A DNA stretch of 64,000 bases from an uncultured Nocardioides sp. Its GTDB lineage: Bacteria > Actinomycetota > Actinomycetes > Propionibacteriales > Nocardioidaceae. The notes beneath the pieces are model-generated. The model had not been told where the DNA came from. It was given only the letters and a program-made list of their open reading frames with translations, and searched no databases. The stretch is taken from positions 406,294 to 470,293 of the forward strand of contig CANKZF010000002.1 of assembly GCA_947488515.1 (NCBI GenBank). Direction: 5' to 3'. Of the stretch, positions 8,832 through 17,836 are shown one piece after another (position 1 is the stretch's first letter; the number at the start of each line of letters is the position of its first letter). Made by a program: the position numbers and the translations under genes.

Positions 8832-9802
8832 TGGCCCCGCCCGTCGACGAGGTGGACGACCTGCACGTCTTCTCCATCCCGCTGCGCACCCGGTTCCGCG
8901 GCATCACGGTCCGCGAGGGCGTGCTGCTGCGCGGTGACGCCGGCTGGGGGGAGTGGTCGCCGTTCCTGGAGTACGACGACGCCACCGCCCGCCCGTGGCT
9001 CGCCTGCGCGCGCGAAGCAGCCGACGTGGGGTGGCCCGAGCCGTTGCGCACCGTCGTGCCCGTCAACGTCACCGTCCCGGCCACCGACCCCGACCGGGCA
9101 CACGCCATCGTCACCGCCGGCGGCTGCCGCACGGCCAAGGTCAAGGTCGCCGAGCGTGGTCAGACGCTGGCCGACGACCTCGCCCGCGTCGAGGCGGTGC
9201 GCGACGCGCTCGGACCGGACGGCCTGGTGCGGGTCGACGCCAACGGCGCGTGGGACGTCGACGAGGCGGTCCGCGCGATCGTCGCGATCGACCGCGCGGC
9301 CGGCGGCCTGGAGTACGTCGAGCAGCCGGTGATGGCGGTCGAGGACCTCGCTGCCGTACGACGACGCGTGGACGTGCCGGTGGCCGCCGACGAGTCGATC
9401 CGCCGGGTCGAGGACCCCTACCGGGTGCGTGACCTCGAGGCCGCCGACGTTGCCGTGCTGAAGGTGCAGCCGCTCGGTGGGGTGCGGGCCTGCCTGCGCA
9501 TCGCCGAGGACATCGGCCTCCCGGTCGTGGTCTCCAGCGCCGTCGAGTCGAGCGTCGGCATCGCTGCCGGAGTGGCCCTCGCGGCGGCGCTTCCCGAGCT
9601 CCACCACGCCTGCGGGCTCGCGACCGTCCAGCTGCTGACCGACGACGTGGTCACCGAGCCGATGCTGCCGGTCGACGGCATGCTGCGGGTGGCCCGGCCC
9701 GAGGTGGACGCCGCGGCGCTGGCGCGGCTCGCTGCTCCCGCGGACCGGGTGGCCCACTGGCGCGACCGGCTGGCGTCGGTAGGGCAGGATCAGCGAGCGT
9801 GA
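8831..9802 (+). CDS. menC: o-succinylbenzoate synthase (enolase superfamily)
   Basis: MAPPVDEVDDLHVFSIPLRTRFRGITVREGVLL..., with VDANGAW and EYVEQP metal-ligand regions. Sits between menE and menD with overlapping junctions. Confidence 0.85.
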   Translation: MAPPVDEVDDLHVFSIPLRTRFRGITVREGVLLRGDAGWGEWSPFLEYDDATARPWLACAREAADVGWPEPLRTVVPVNVTVPATDPDRAHAIVTAGGCRTAKVKVAERGQTLADDLARVEAVRDALGPDGLVRVDANGAWDVDEAVRAIVAIDRAAGGLEYVEQPVMAVEDLAAVRRRVDVPVAADESIRRVEDPYRVRDLEAADVAVLKVQPLGGVRACLRIAEDIGLPVVVSSAVESSVGIAAGVALAAALPELHHACGLATVQLLTDDVVTEPMLPVDGMLRVARPEVDAAALARLAAPADRVAHWRDRLASVGQDQRA

Positions 9803-11409
9803 CCAACCCCTCGACCGAGCTCGCCCGGACCGTGGTGACCGCGCTCCGCGGCGCCGGGGTGCGTGAGACGGTCATCGCGCCCGGCTCCCGCAACGCGCCG
9901 CTCTCCTTCGCGCTCTACGACGCCGCCACCGCCGGGGCGCTGCGCCTGCACACGCGCATCGACGAGCGGACCGCCGGCTTCCTCGCCCTCGGCCTCGCAA
10001 AGGTCGGCAACCGCCCCGCGGCGGTGTCCTGCACCTCGGGCACGGCCGTCGCCAACCTCCTGCCCGCCGTGGTCGAGGCCGCGCACGCCGGTGTGCCGAT
10101 GGTGGTCGTGACCGCCGACCGGCCCGCGCGCCTGCGGGGCTCCGGCGCCAACCAGACCACCGACCAGGTCGGGATCTTCGGCTCCTTCGCCCCGACGCTC
10201 GACGTCGCCGCCGCCGATCCCGACGCGATCCTCGCTTTCGTCCGCAGCCACGGGGGCAACCGGCCGGTGCACCTCAACGTGCAGCTCGACGAGCCGCTGC
10301 TGCCCGACGACGGGGGCTGGGAGGCCGCCTCCGAGGACCCGCCGTCGTGGCCGGTCACGCCAGCCGCTCCCGTGGAGCGACTGGTCCTCGAGCCCGGGCC
10401 CCGCACGGTCGTCGTCGCCGGGGACGACGCGGGCCCGCCCGCCCGCATCCTCGCCGAGAAGGCGGGCTGGCCGCTCCTCGCCGAGCCGTCCAGCGGGTGT
10501 CGCACCGGCGACCACGTGGTTCGCACCTACCGGCTGCTGCTGTCCGGTGAGCTGGGGCAGCAGGTCGAGCGGGTCGTGGTCCACGGCCACCCCACGCTGT
10601 CGCGCCCGGTCGCACGCCTGCTCGCCCGCGACGACGTCGAGGTCGTCTCGGCCCGCCACCGCGGCAGGTGGGCCGAGCGCCCGTTCGCCGTGGCCCACGA
10701 GGTCGACCAGGTCGACGTCACGGGGTCCGGGGACCCGGCGTGGCTCGAGGCCTGGCGCGAGGCGGACCGTGCCACGTCGCGCGGGCTCGACCGGTTCCTC
10801 GCCGCCGAGCCCGACCTCACGCCGTACGAGGTGGCCGGGGCGGTCAGTCGTGCCCTGCCGGCGGGCGGGCTGCTGTTCGTCGGCGCCTCCAACCCGGTCC
10901 GCGACCTCGACCTGATGGTCGCGCGCTACGAGGTGGGCGGTCGCCGCAAGGTCATCGCCAACCGCGGCCTGGCCGGCATCGACGGCACCATCAGCTCGGC
11001 CATCGGCGCCGCGCTGGGCCGGCCGCGCTCCACGCGCGCACTGGCCCTGATGGGTGACGTGACGTTCCTGCACGACACGACCGGTCTCCTCCTCGGCCCG
11101 CGCGAGGAGCGCCCGGACCTCACGATCGTCGTGGTCAACGACGACGGCGGGTCGATCTTCGCGACGCTCGAGCAGGGCGCACCGGAGCACGCCGACCGCT
11201 TCGACACCCTCTTCGGCACCCCGCACGGCGTCGACGTCGCCAGCCTGTGCGCGGCCGCCCGGGTGCCGCACCTGCAGGTCACCGGGCTGCCCGAGCTCGA
11301 GCAGGCCCTCGCCACGCCCAACGGCGGGATCGAGGTCGTCGAGGCGCGCGTACGACGCGACAACCGCGCCGAGCTGGACGCAAAGATCCGCGCCCTGGTC
11401 CTTCCCTGA
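9799..11409 (+). CDS. menD: SEPHCHC synthase (2-succinyl-5-enolpyruvyl-6-hydroxy-3-cyclohexene-1-carboxylate synthase)
   Basis: 536-aa ThDP enzyme. N-terminal GSRNAPL and C-terminal GDVTFLHD...VVNDDGGSIF ThDP-binding motif. GTGA overlap with menC. Confidence 0.9.
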   Translation: MTNPSTELARTVVTALRGAGVRETVIAPGSRNAPLSFALYDAATAGALRLHTRIDERTAGFLALGLAKVGNRPAAVSCTSGTAVANLLPAVVEAAHAGVPMVVVTADRPARLRGSGANQTTDQVGIFGSFAPTLDVAAADPDAILAFVRSHGGNRPVHLNVQLDEPLLPDDGGWEAASEDPPSWPVTPAAPVERLVLEPGPRTVVVAGDDAGPPARILAEKAGWPLLAEPSSGCRTGDHVVRTYRLLLSGELGQQVERVVVHGHPTLSRPVARLLARDDVEVVSARHRGRWAERPFAVAHEVDQVDVTGSGDPAWLEAWREADRATSRGLDRFLAAEPDLTPYEVAGAVSRALPAGGLLFVGASNPVRDLDLMVARYEVGGRRKVIANRGLAGIDGTISSAIGAALGRPRSTRALALMGDVTFLHDTTGLLLGPREERPDLTIVVVNDDGGSIFATLEQGAPEHADRFDTLFGTPHGVDVASLCAAARVPHLQVTGLPELEQALATPNGGIEVVEARVRRDNRAELDAKIRALVLP

Positions 11410-11459
11410 GACAGGGAGTGGTCCAGGGCGCGGATCGCCGTGCTGGGTGGGTCAGTCGA

Positions 11460-12659
11460 TCAGGGCTGCGGGGTCTCCCACACGCGGACCCAGTCGACGT
11501 ACATGTGCTGCGGGAGCTTCTTGTCCGACATCTCCAGCGCCTCGTAGTCGGAGGCGAGCAGGCTCAGGATGAGGTACTGGCGGGCCTTCGAGACGCGGGC
11601 CGACGTGCGCCAGGTCTCCTTGCCGTCGATGCGGAAGATGATCGTCTTGGGCGTCCACTGGACCGAGAAGACGTGGTAGTTCTTCGACCAGCCGTCCTTC
11701 TTGTTGGTCAGGTACGACTTCGAGTCCTTGATCCACGAGCCGGTCTTGATCAGGCGCTTGCCCTTGTACCAGTGGATGAAGCTGGTGAGGCCACCCTGCG
11801 GGTGCTTGTCACCGAAGTACTCGATGATGTCGATCTCGTGGCCGTCGCTGCCGGGACCGTTGCCACCGTTGGGCTGCGACCAGAAGCTGGCGTGCTGGCC
11901 CTGGGCCTTCTGCATCTTGATGCGCGCGGCGGCGACGCCGTAGCGGAAGTCGAACCCACCCTCAGTGCCGACGTGGCCGTTGAGGCGGTAGGAGATCTTC
12001 TCCTTCTTCTTGCGCGAGGTGGCCGTGCACTTGCCCTTGGCCGACTTGTCCTTGATGACGCTCAGGCGCAGGGCGCCGCTGCCGACCTTGACGGCCTTCG
12101 GGTCACCCTTGGAGCACTTGCGCTTGCTCTGCGGCTCGTACTTCTGGCCGCGCATGCCCCACACCGGGCTGAGGGTGCTGCCGGAGAACTCGTCGGTGAA
12201 GGTCGGGGTCAGCCACTGCGTCGTGTCGGCGGAGGTGCTGGAGACCTTCTTCAGGCCCTTGAACTTCTGCGCGGTGACGCGGTAGGTCAGGGCGGCGCCT
12301 CCGCTGGAGACCGCGGCGGAGAAGTTGGCGCGGCCGGACTTCTCCTGCTTGGCGGTGCCGACCTTCTTCCAGGACGTACCGACGAGGCGCTCGAGGACGA
12401 CCTTGCGGCCGACCTTGACCGGCTTGATGGTCGCGGTGACGGCGCCCTTGGCCGAGTCGGCGCTGGCGGTGCGCTTGCCCTGCTGGACGATCTGCGGGAG
12501 CACCTCCAGGCTGATCTTCTGGCTGGCCTTCTTGGTCACCGACGTCGACGCGGGACGCGCCGCGGAGTCGGTGGCCGAGCCGGTCTCGACCGTCAGGAGC
12601 AGGGACGCGGGCAGGAGCAGCGCGACGGCGCTGCCTGCGAGCACGCGGCGTGCAGACAT
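11460..12659 (-). CDS. Secreted GH16 family glycoside hydrolase (beta-glucanase-like) with an N-terminal beta-sandwich domain
   Basis: Start MSARRVLAGSAVALLLPASLLL (signal peptide). GH16 catalytic motif GHEIDIIEY (ExDxxE). Lysine-rich, and visibly less GC-rich than its neighbours. Confidence 0.8.
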   Translation of the reverse strand: MSARRVLAGSAVALLLPASLLLTVETGSATDSAARPASTSVTKKASQKISLEVLPQIVQQGKRTASADSAKGAVTATIKPVKVGRKVVLERLVGTSWKKVGTAKQEKSGRANFSAAVSSGGAALTYRVTAQKFKGLKKVSSTSADTTQWLTPTFTDEFSGSTLSPVWGMRGQKYEPQSKRKCSKGDPKAVKVGSGALRLSVIKDKSAKGKCTATSRKKKEKISYRLNGHVGTEGGFDFRYGVAAARIKMQKAQGQHASFWSQPNGGNGPGSDGHEIDIIEYFGDKHPQGGLTSFIHWYKGKRLIKTGSWIKDSKSYLTNKKDGWSKNYHVFSVQWTPKTIIFRIDGKETWRTSARVSKARQYLILSLLASDYEALEMSDKKLPQHMYVDWVRVWETPQP

Positions 12660-12795
12660 GTAGGACTCTCTTCGTCTCGGGTGCGATTGGTGATTCCCCC
12701 AGGGCACTCCACCCGTCGGAGGCTGCACCACCCTAACCTTCCGCCCCACCCGTACGACGATTCCCCACCCGCGGGGCGCGCCTAGTGTGGTGACC

Positions 12796-13431
12796 ATGCG
12801 GATCACCAAGTTCGGCCACGCCTGCGTCCGGGTCCAGGGTGACGGCGGCGTCGTCGTCATCGACCCGGGAGTGTTCACCGACCCCGCTGCGCTCGAGGGC
12901 GCGGACGCCGTCCTGATCACCCACGAGCACCCCGACCACGTGCATCCCGACCACCTCCGCGGGAGCGGCGTTCCGATCTGGACCATCGCCGCGGTCGAGC
13001 GGCTGCTGCGCGAGCAGGCGCCCGAGGTCGCCGACCGCGTGACGGTCGTGCGTCCCGGCGACCGGCTCGAGGTCGCGGGCACGGCGGTGGAGGTCGTGGG
13101 GGAGAAGCACGCGGTGATCCACCCCGACTACGACCGCTTCGACAACTCCGGCTTCGTCCTGGAGTCCGCCGGAGCGAGCGTCTACCACCCGGGTGACGCG
13201 CTGACGCCTCCCGGTCGCGAGGTCGACGTCCTCCTCACTCCGGTGAGCGCGCCGTGGCTCAAGGTCAGCGAGGCGATCGACTTCGTGCGCGAGGTCGCGG
13301 CGCCCCGCTCCCTGGCGATCCACGACCGCGTCTACAGCGACATCGGCCTCGACATGGTCGCCACCCACATGGGCAACCTGCTGCCGGCGGGCCAGGCGTT
13401 CGAGCGTCGCGAGCCGGGCCGGGACCTGTAG
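12796..13431 (+). CDS. MBL-fold metallo-hydrolase
   Basis: MRITKFGHACVRV...LITHEHPDHV (HxHxDH motif), about 211 aa. Confidence 0.8.
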   Translation: MRITKFGHACVRVQGDGGVVVIDPGVFTDPAALEGADAVLITHEHPDHVHPDHLRGSGVPIWTIAAVERLLREQAPEVADRVTVVRPGDRLEVAGTAVEVVGEKHAVIHPDYDRFDNSGFVLESAGASVYHPGDALTPPGREVDVLLTPVSAPWLKVSEAIDFVREVAAPRSLAIHDRVYSDIGLDMVATHMGNLLPAGQAFERREPGRDL

Positions 13432-13432
13432 G

Positions 13433-14674
13433 TCAGCCCGCGCCGAGCGCGTCGCGGACGGGCACGAACTTCGCCTGCGACTCGGCCAGCTCGGCCTCGG
13501 GGTCCGAGCTCGCCACGATGCCGCAGCCGGCGAAGAGCCGCACGCCCGACTCGGTCACCATCGCGGAGCGCAACGCGATGCCCCACTCGCCGTCACCGGA
13601 GGCGTCCATCCAGCCCACGGGGCCGGCGTAGCGCTCGCGCGGCATCCCCTCGATCTCGGCGATGACCCGGGTGGCGTCGGTGGTCGGGGTGCCCCCGACC
13701 GCTGCCGAGGGGTGGAGCGACTCGGCCAGCTGCAGCGAGGTCGCGTTGTCGTGGACGACGCCGTTGACGTCGGTGGCCAGGTGCATGACGTTGGGCAGGT
13801 GGAGGACGAACGGCGCCTCCGGCACGTTCATCGACGAGCAGTGCGGCTCGAGGGCGTCGGCGACCGAGCGCACGGCGTACTCGTGCTCCTCGAGGTCCTT
13901 CGACGAGCGGGCCAGGGTGGCGGCCAGCGCGAGGTCGCGCTCGTCGTCGCCCGTACGCCGGATCGTGCCGGCCAGCACGCGGGAGGTCACCAGGCCGCGC
14001 TCGCGGCGCACGAGCATCTCGGGGGTGGCACCGAACAGGCCGTCCACGTGGAAGGTCCAGCACATCTCGTACTGCTCGGCGAGCCGGTGCAGCGGCCAGC
14101 GGACGTCGAGCGACTCGTCGGTGGTCGCGATGAGGTCGCGGGCGAGCACGACCTTCTCCAGGTCGCCGGCGGAGATCCGGCGGACCGCCTCGGCGACGAC
14201 CGTCATCCACTCCTCGCCGTTGCGGGCGCCGTCGGAGAAGACGAGGCCGACGGGCGGCTCGGGGGCAGGAGCGGGGGCGAGCGTGGGTGCCTCGACCGAG
14301 ACGGTGGTCAGCCAGGTCCGGTCGCCCCGGCGGCCCACGATGACCTGCGGGATGACGAGCAGTGACTCGCCGGGTTCGTCGGCGAACGCGAACGCTCCGA
14401 ACGAGACGAGGCCCGTGCCGGGCTCGGCGACCTGGTCCTCGACCTGGGCGCGGGCGACGGTCTCGGACCACCACTTCACCGCGTCGCTGAACCGGGTCGG
14501 CCCCGACGTCTCCAGTCGTGCTGCGACGCCCCAGCCCACCAGGCCCTCGCCGCGGCGCAGCCAGCTGACCGGCTCGTGCCGGGGCAGCAGGTCGAGGAGG
14601 GGGAGATCCGCCAGGTCCACGGGGACGGTGCGCACGACGAGCGGCGGGGTCGAGGCGGACGCGGGGATCGTCAC
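13433..14674 (-). CDS. menF: Isochorismate synthase
   Basis: 413-aa chorismate-binding enzyme with C-terminal motifs SLHPSAAVGGTP...RERYAGPVGW...GIALRSA...FAGCGIV. Confidence 0.9.
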   Translation of the reverse strand: MTIPASASTPPLVVRTVPVDLADLPLLDLLPRHEPVSWLRRGEGLVGWGVAARLETSGPTRFSDAVKWWSETVARAQVEDQVAEPGTGLVSFGAFAFADEPGESLLVIPQVIVGRRGDRTWLTTVSVEAPTLAPAPAPEPPVGLVFSDGARNGEEWMTVVAEAVRRISAGDLEKVVLARDLIATTDESLDVRWPLHRLAEQYEMCWTFHVDGLFGATPEMLVRRERGLVTSRVLAGTIRRTGDDERDLALAATLARSSKDLEEHEYAVRSVADALEPHCSSMNVPEAPFVLHLPNVMHLATDVNGVVHDNATSLQLAESLHPSAAVGGTPTTDATRVIAEIEGMPRERYAGPVGWMDASGDGEWGIALRSAMVTESGVRLFAGCGIVASSDPEAELAESQAKFVPVRDALGAG

Positions 14675-14795
14675 GAGGGGGCAGCCTACGCCGAGGCGTG
14701 GAGGGGGAGGAGGGGAGATCGGCCAAACGGCGAACAGGAGAGGCGCACGTCACCTAGGTTGCCTCGGTAACCGCCACCCCCCAAGGAGCCCGCAC

Positions 14796-15983
14796 GTGCC
14801 TGCCCACGAATCTCCTCTCGTCCGGTTGGAGCGCCACGCGCGCAATCGCGCGCTCGAGGTCGCCGTGACGGAGCTGCGGGACGGGACGTGGACCTCGCTG
14901 ACGTGGAACGAGCTCTACCGGCGGGTGATCGACGGCGCTGCCGGCATGATCGAGGCCGGGGTCAACCCCGGTCAGGTCGTCGTCATCCGGGTCGCGACCG
15001 GTGCCCGCCAGCTCGAGCTCGAGCTCGCCACCCGGGTCGCCGGGGCGGTGCCGCTGCTGCTCCCCGAGCACCTCGACGCTGCGGAGGTGGGTCGGCTCCT
15101 CGACGAGGTCGAGGTGCGCCTCGTCGTCGTCGACGACGAGAGCCGGTTGTCGCTGCTGCGGCGTGCCGCCCTGGCCGAGGCCCAGCTCTTCGAGTGCGAC
15201 GACCGCTCGTGGGAACGCCTGCGAGGGATGGGGCTCGAGCGGCGCAAGCGCCAGCCCGACCTGCTGCCCTGGGTCGCCAACGCCCGCGCCGGTGCATCGT
15301 CCTCGCCGGTGCTGGGACTGCCGCGGGAGAAGAGCCAGGCATGGCTCTTCCGGCCCGAGTGCTCCGGCGCGCTGTCCGAGCTCACCGGCACCGACGTCGT
15401 CCTGCTGACCGGTGAGGCGACCGATCGCTTCACCACCGTCGCGCGTGACGCGCACCTCACGTCGGGGTGCACCCTCGCGTGGGTCGAGACGCCCGACCAG
15501 CTCGAGGGCGCCCTCGCCCACGTCCGACCCACGCACGTGCTGCTCGACCGCGAGGCGGCCCGGGTGCTGGAGCACCTGCTGGAGTCGGCGACCGTCAACG
15601 GGTCCGCGTGGCACGAGACACCCCGAGACGTGCTCGAGGCGATGTCGGCGCAGGTGGCCGAGGCACGACAGGGCTCGCGGGCGCGCAAGCTCGCCGCCGA
15701 CGTGTCCGCCCTCGCTCCCTGGTGGGGCGACCGGCTGCGGGTGCTGGTGATGGACGCCCGGGTCAACCGCACCATCAGCGGCCTGGCGACGACGTTCGGC
15801 TTCCGCATCGGTCGCGTCGCGCACCACCCGGCCATCCGGCTCGAGCTGTCGCGCGAGCACGCCGTGGTCGCCGTACCCGCAGCGCCGAAGGTCGAGGCGG
15901 CCTCGGCGTCGCTCCCGCGCCGTGGGCGGGCGGGCGAGGGCCTGGACTCCGCCTTCTCGCTCGCCGGCAGCACCGGCTCCTGA
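14796..15983 (+). CDS. ANL (acyl-CoA synthetase)-like N-domain protein with a degenerate P-loop, paralog 1
   Basis: GTG 14796, 7 nt after AAGGAG (14783-14788). The N-terminus resembles acyl-CoA ligases (RHARNRALEVAV...LTWNELYRRVIDGAAGMIEAGVNPGQVVVIRV...VRLVVVDD). The TSGTTGxPKG position reads ASSSPVLGLPREKS. Length 395 aa, with no ANL C-domain. Confidence 0.6.
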   Translation: MPAHESPLVRLERHARNRALEVAVTELRDGTWTSLTWNELYRRVIDGAAGMIEAGVNPGQVVVIRVATGARQLELELATRVAGAVPLLLPEHLDAAEVGRLLDEVEVRLVVVDDESRLSLLRRAALAEAQLFECDDRSWERLRGMGLERRKRQPDLLPWVANARAGASSSPVLGLPREKSQAWLFRPECSGALSELTGTDVVLLTGEATDRFTTVARDAHLTSGCTLAWVETPDQLEGALAHVRPTHVLLDREAARVLEHLLESATVNGSAWHETPRDVLEAMSAQVAEARQGSRARKLAADVSALAPWWGDRLRVLVMDARVNRTISGLATTFGFRIGRVAHHPAIRLELSREHAVVAVPAAPKVEAASASLPRRGRAGEGLDSAFSLAGSTGS

Positions 15984-16064
15984 GCACGCCCCGGCTCCGG
16001 CCGGGGACACGATTCCCACACGAGCCGGACAACGGCGGGTAAAGAGCCTGCGGGTGTTCCGTCA

Positions 16065-16110
16065 TCTCCCCGAGAGTGGTCAAACAGTCAACTTGATTCT
16101 CGGGGGGAGA
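16065..16110 (+). promoter_or_regulatory. Hairpin that sequesters the Shine-Dalgarno of the 16119 ORF
   Basis: TCTCCCCGAGA (16065-16075) pairs with TCTCGGGGGGAGA (16098-16110): 11 bp with a 2-nt bulge. The AT-rich loop carries GTCAA-ACA-GTCAA. The 3' arm contains GGGAGAG, 7 nt before ATG 16119. Confidence 0.4.
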
Positions 16111-16118
16111 GTCCACCG

Positions 16119-17354
16119 ATGGGCCACGTACCGGTCGCTCGCGCACAGGCGCTTCCTGGTCGCACCGCGCCACCCGTCCGCGCATCCGCCTGGCAGGCGA
16201 TCTCGCGCCACGCCCGTGACCGCGCCGACGACGTCGCGTACGTGCTCGCCGCGCCCACGGGCCCCGTCCCCCGGACGTGGGCGGAGGTGGCCCACGCCGT
16301 CGAACGCGCAGCCGCGGGCCTGGTCCGCAGCGGCCTCAGGGTCGATCAGGTCGTGGTGTCCCTGCTGCCGGCCGACCACGCCCACCCCGAGCTCGACCTG
16401 GCGCTGCGGACCGTGGGGGCGGTCGTGGTCCACGTCGGACCCGACGCCGGTGCCGACGACCTCGCCCGCGAGCTGGCCGGCGTCGACGTACGCCTCGTGG
16501 TGGCCGAGGGGGCGGACGACGTCGCCCGCCTCGACGGCATCCCGCTGCCGCGCGCGGAGCTCTTCACGCTGGACGGTGGCCGCGGATGGGCGCGGCTCCT
16601 CGAGCTCGGCGCCGAGCGGCTGGTGATGGACCCCGAGGTCGTCCAGCGTGCCGACAGCATCGTGGACCCGGCCGGCGTCGAGCCGCGGTTCCTCTCCGGC
16701 ACGACGCCCCTCGTGCGGGCACCGAGGTCCTCGCTCCGGGAGGGTGTCTTCGACCCCCGGGCGGTGGCCCTGGTCGCCGGCGACGCCGCCGACCCGCTGC
16801 TGCACGTCGTGCGCGAGACCCACCTGTTCGTCGGGTTCACCCTGTGCGTCGTGCAGGACGCCGACCGGCTCCGCGACGTCGCCGCGCACACCCGCCCGAC
16901 CGTCCTGGTCGTGCCGGAGCAGCGCGCCGAGAGGCTGCCCGGGGTCCTCACGGTCCTCGCGCCGCCGCCCCCGGCGGCCCGTCGCTCGCGTGGGTGGCGG
17001 AGCGGCGCCGGCCGCACGCACGGCAACACCCCGTCGACGACCAGGGGGCCGCTCGTGGTGACCCCCGCGCCGAGCGAGGAGGTGCGCGCGAGCGTGGCCG
17101 CGCTGGGCGGCGCCGTCGAGGTCGCCGACCTCGCCGACCCCAGGCCGGCCGACCTGCCCGAGCCGCCGCCGGTGGTGATGGGCGACGCCGCCCTGCTGCC
17201 GCGACGGTCGCGCCGCTCGCCGGGCGACCACTTCGGCCTCCGCCTCGAGCCGGAGATCGACGCCTCGGCGTTCCTGCCGTCGCTCCCCCTCATGTCGGGG
17301 GAGTCCTTCCTCGACCAGCTGCTTCTCTCGCGCGCCCGCCAGGCGCCCGAGTGA
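16119..17354 (+). CDS. ANL (acyl-CoA synthetase)-like N-domain protein with a degenerate P-loop, paralog 2
   Basis: 411 aa, collinear with the upstream ORF (RHARDRADDVAYV...RTWAEVAHAVERAAAGLVRSGLRVDQVVVSLL...VRLVVAEG). The P-loop relic is LSGTTPLVRAPRS. No C-domain. Confidence 0.6.
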   Translation: MGHVPVARAQALPGRTAPPVRASAWQAISRHARDRADDVAYVLAAPTGPVPRTWAEVAHAVERAAAGLVRSGLRVDQVVVSLLPADHAHPELDLALRTVGAVVVHVGPDAGADDLARELAGVDVRLVVAEGADDVARLDGIPLPRAELFTLDGGRGWARLLELGAERLVMDPEVVQRADSIVDPAGVEPRFLSGTTPLVRAPRSSLREGVFDPRAVALVAGDAADPLLHVVRETHLFVGFTLCVVQDADRLRDVAAHTRPTVLVVPEQRAERLPGVLTVLAPPPPAARRSRGWRSGAGRTHGNTPSTTRGPLVVTPAPSEEVRASVAALGGAVEVADLADPRPADLPEPPPVVMGDAALLPRRSRRSPGDHFGLRLEPEIDASAFLPSLPLMSGESFLDQLLLSRARQAPE

Positions 17355-17454
17355 GGGCGCGGCGACGACGCCGCGCCGGCACCGGGGCAACCGCCCCGGG
17401 CCGCTCCCACTTCCCGCCGCAGGCCGCGGTGGGGAACCACACGAAAGGCACCGC

Positions 17455-17820
17455 ATGACCAACGTGGACGTGATCCTCAAGGAAGCAGTCGGCATCGACG
17501 GCGCGATCGCCGCGCTCCTCGTCGACTACCAGTCCGGGATGGCGCTGGGCCAGGCCGGCGACGCCGCCGCCCTCAACCTCGACATCGCCGCCGCCGGCAA
17601 CACCGACGTGGTGCGGGCCAAGATGCGCACGATGGAGAGCCTCGGCCTCGACGACCAGATCGAGGACATCCTGATCACCCTCGGCAAGGCCTACCACCTC
17701 ATCAACCTGCCCAAGGGTCACCCGGGCCTGTTCATCTACCTCGTGCTCGACAAGGGCCGCGCCAACCTCGCGATGGCGCGCCACAAGCTGGCTTCGCTCT
17801 CCACCCAGATCGAGATCTGA
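17455..17820 (+). CDS. Roadblock/LC7 (MglB-like) domain protein
   Basis: 121 aa, MTNVDVILKEAVGIDGAIAALLVDYQSGMALG...ILITLGKAYHLINL...FIYLVLDKGRANLAMARHKL, matching the Roadblock/LC7 pattern. GAAAGG RBS upstream. Confidence 0.75.
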   Translation: MTNVDVILKEAVGIDGAIAALLVDYQSGMALGQAGDAAALNLDIAAAGNTDVVRAKMRTMESLGLDDQIEDILITLGKAYHLINLPKGHPGLFIYLVLDKGRANLAMARHKLASLSTQIEI

Positions 17821-17836
17821 GCCTGGCGGGACCGGG

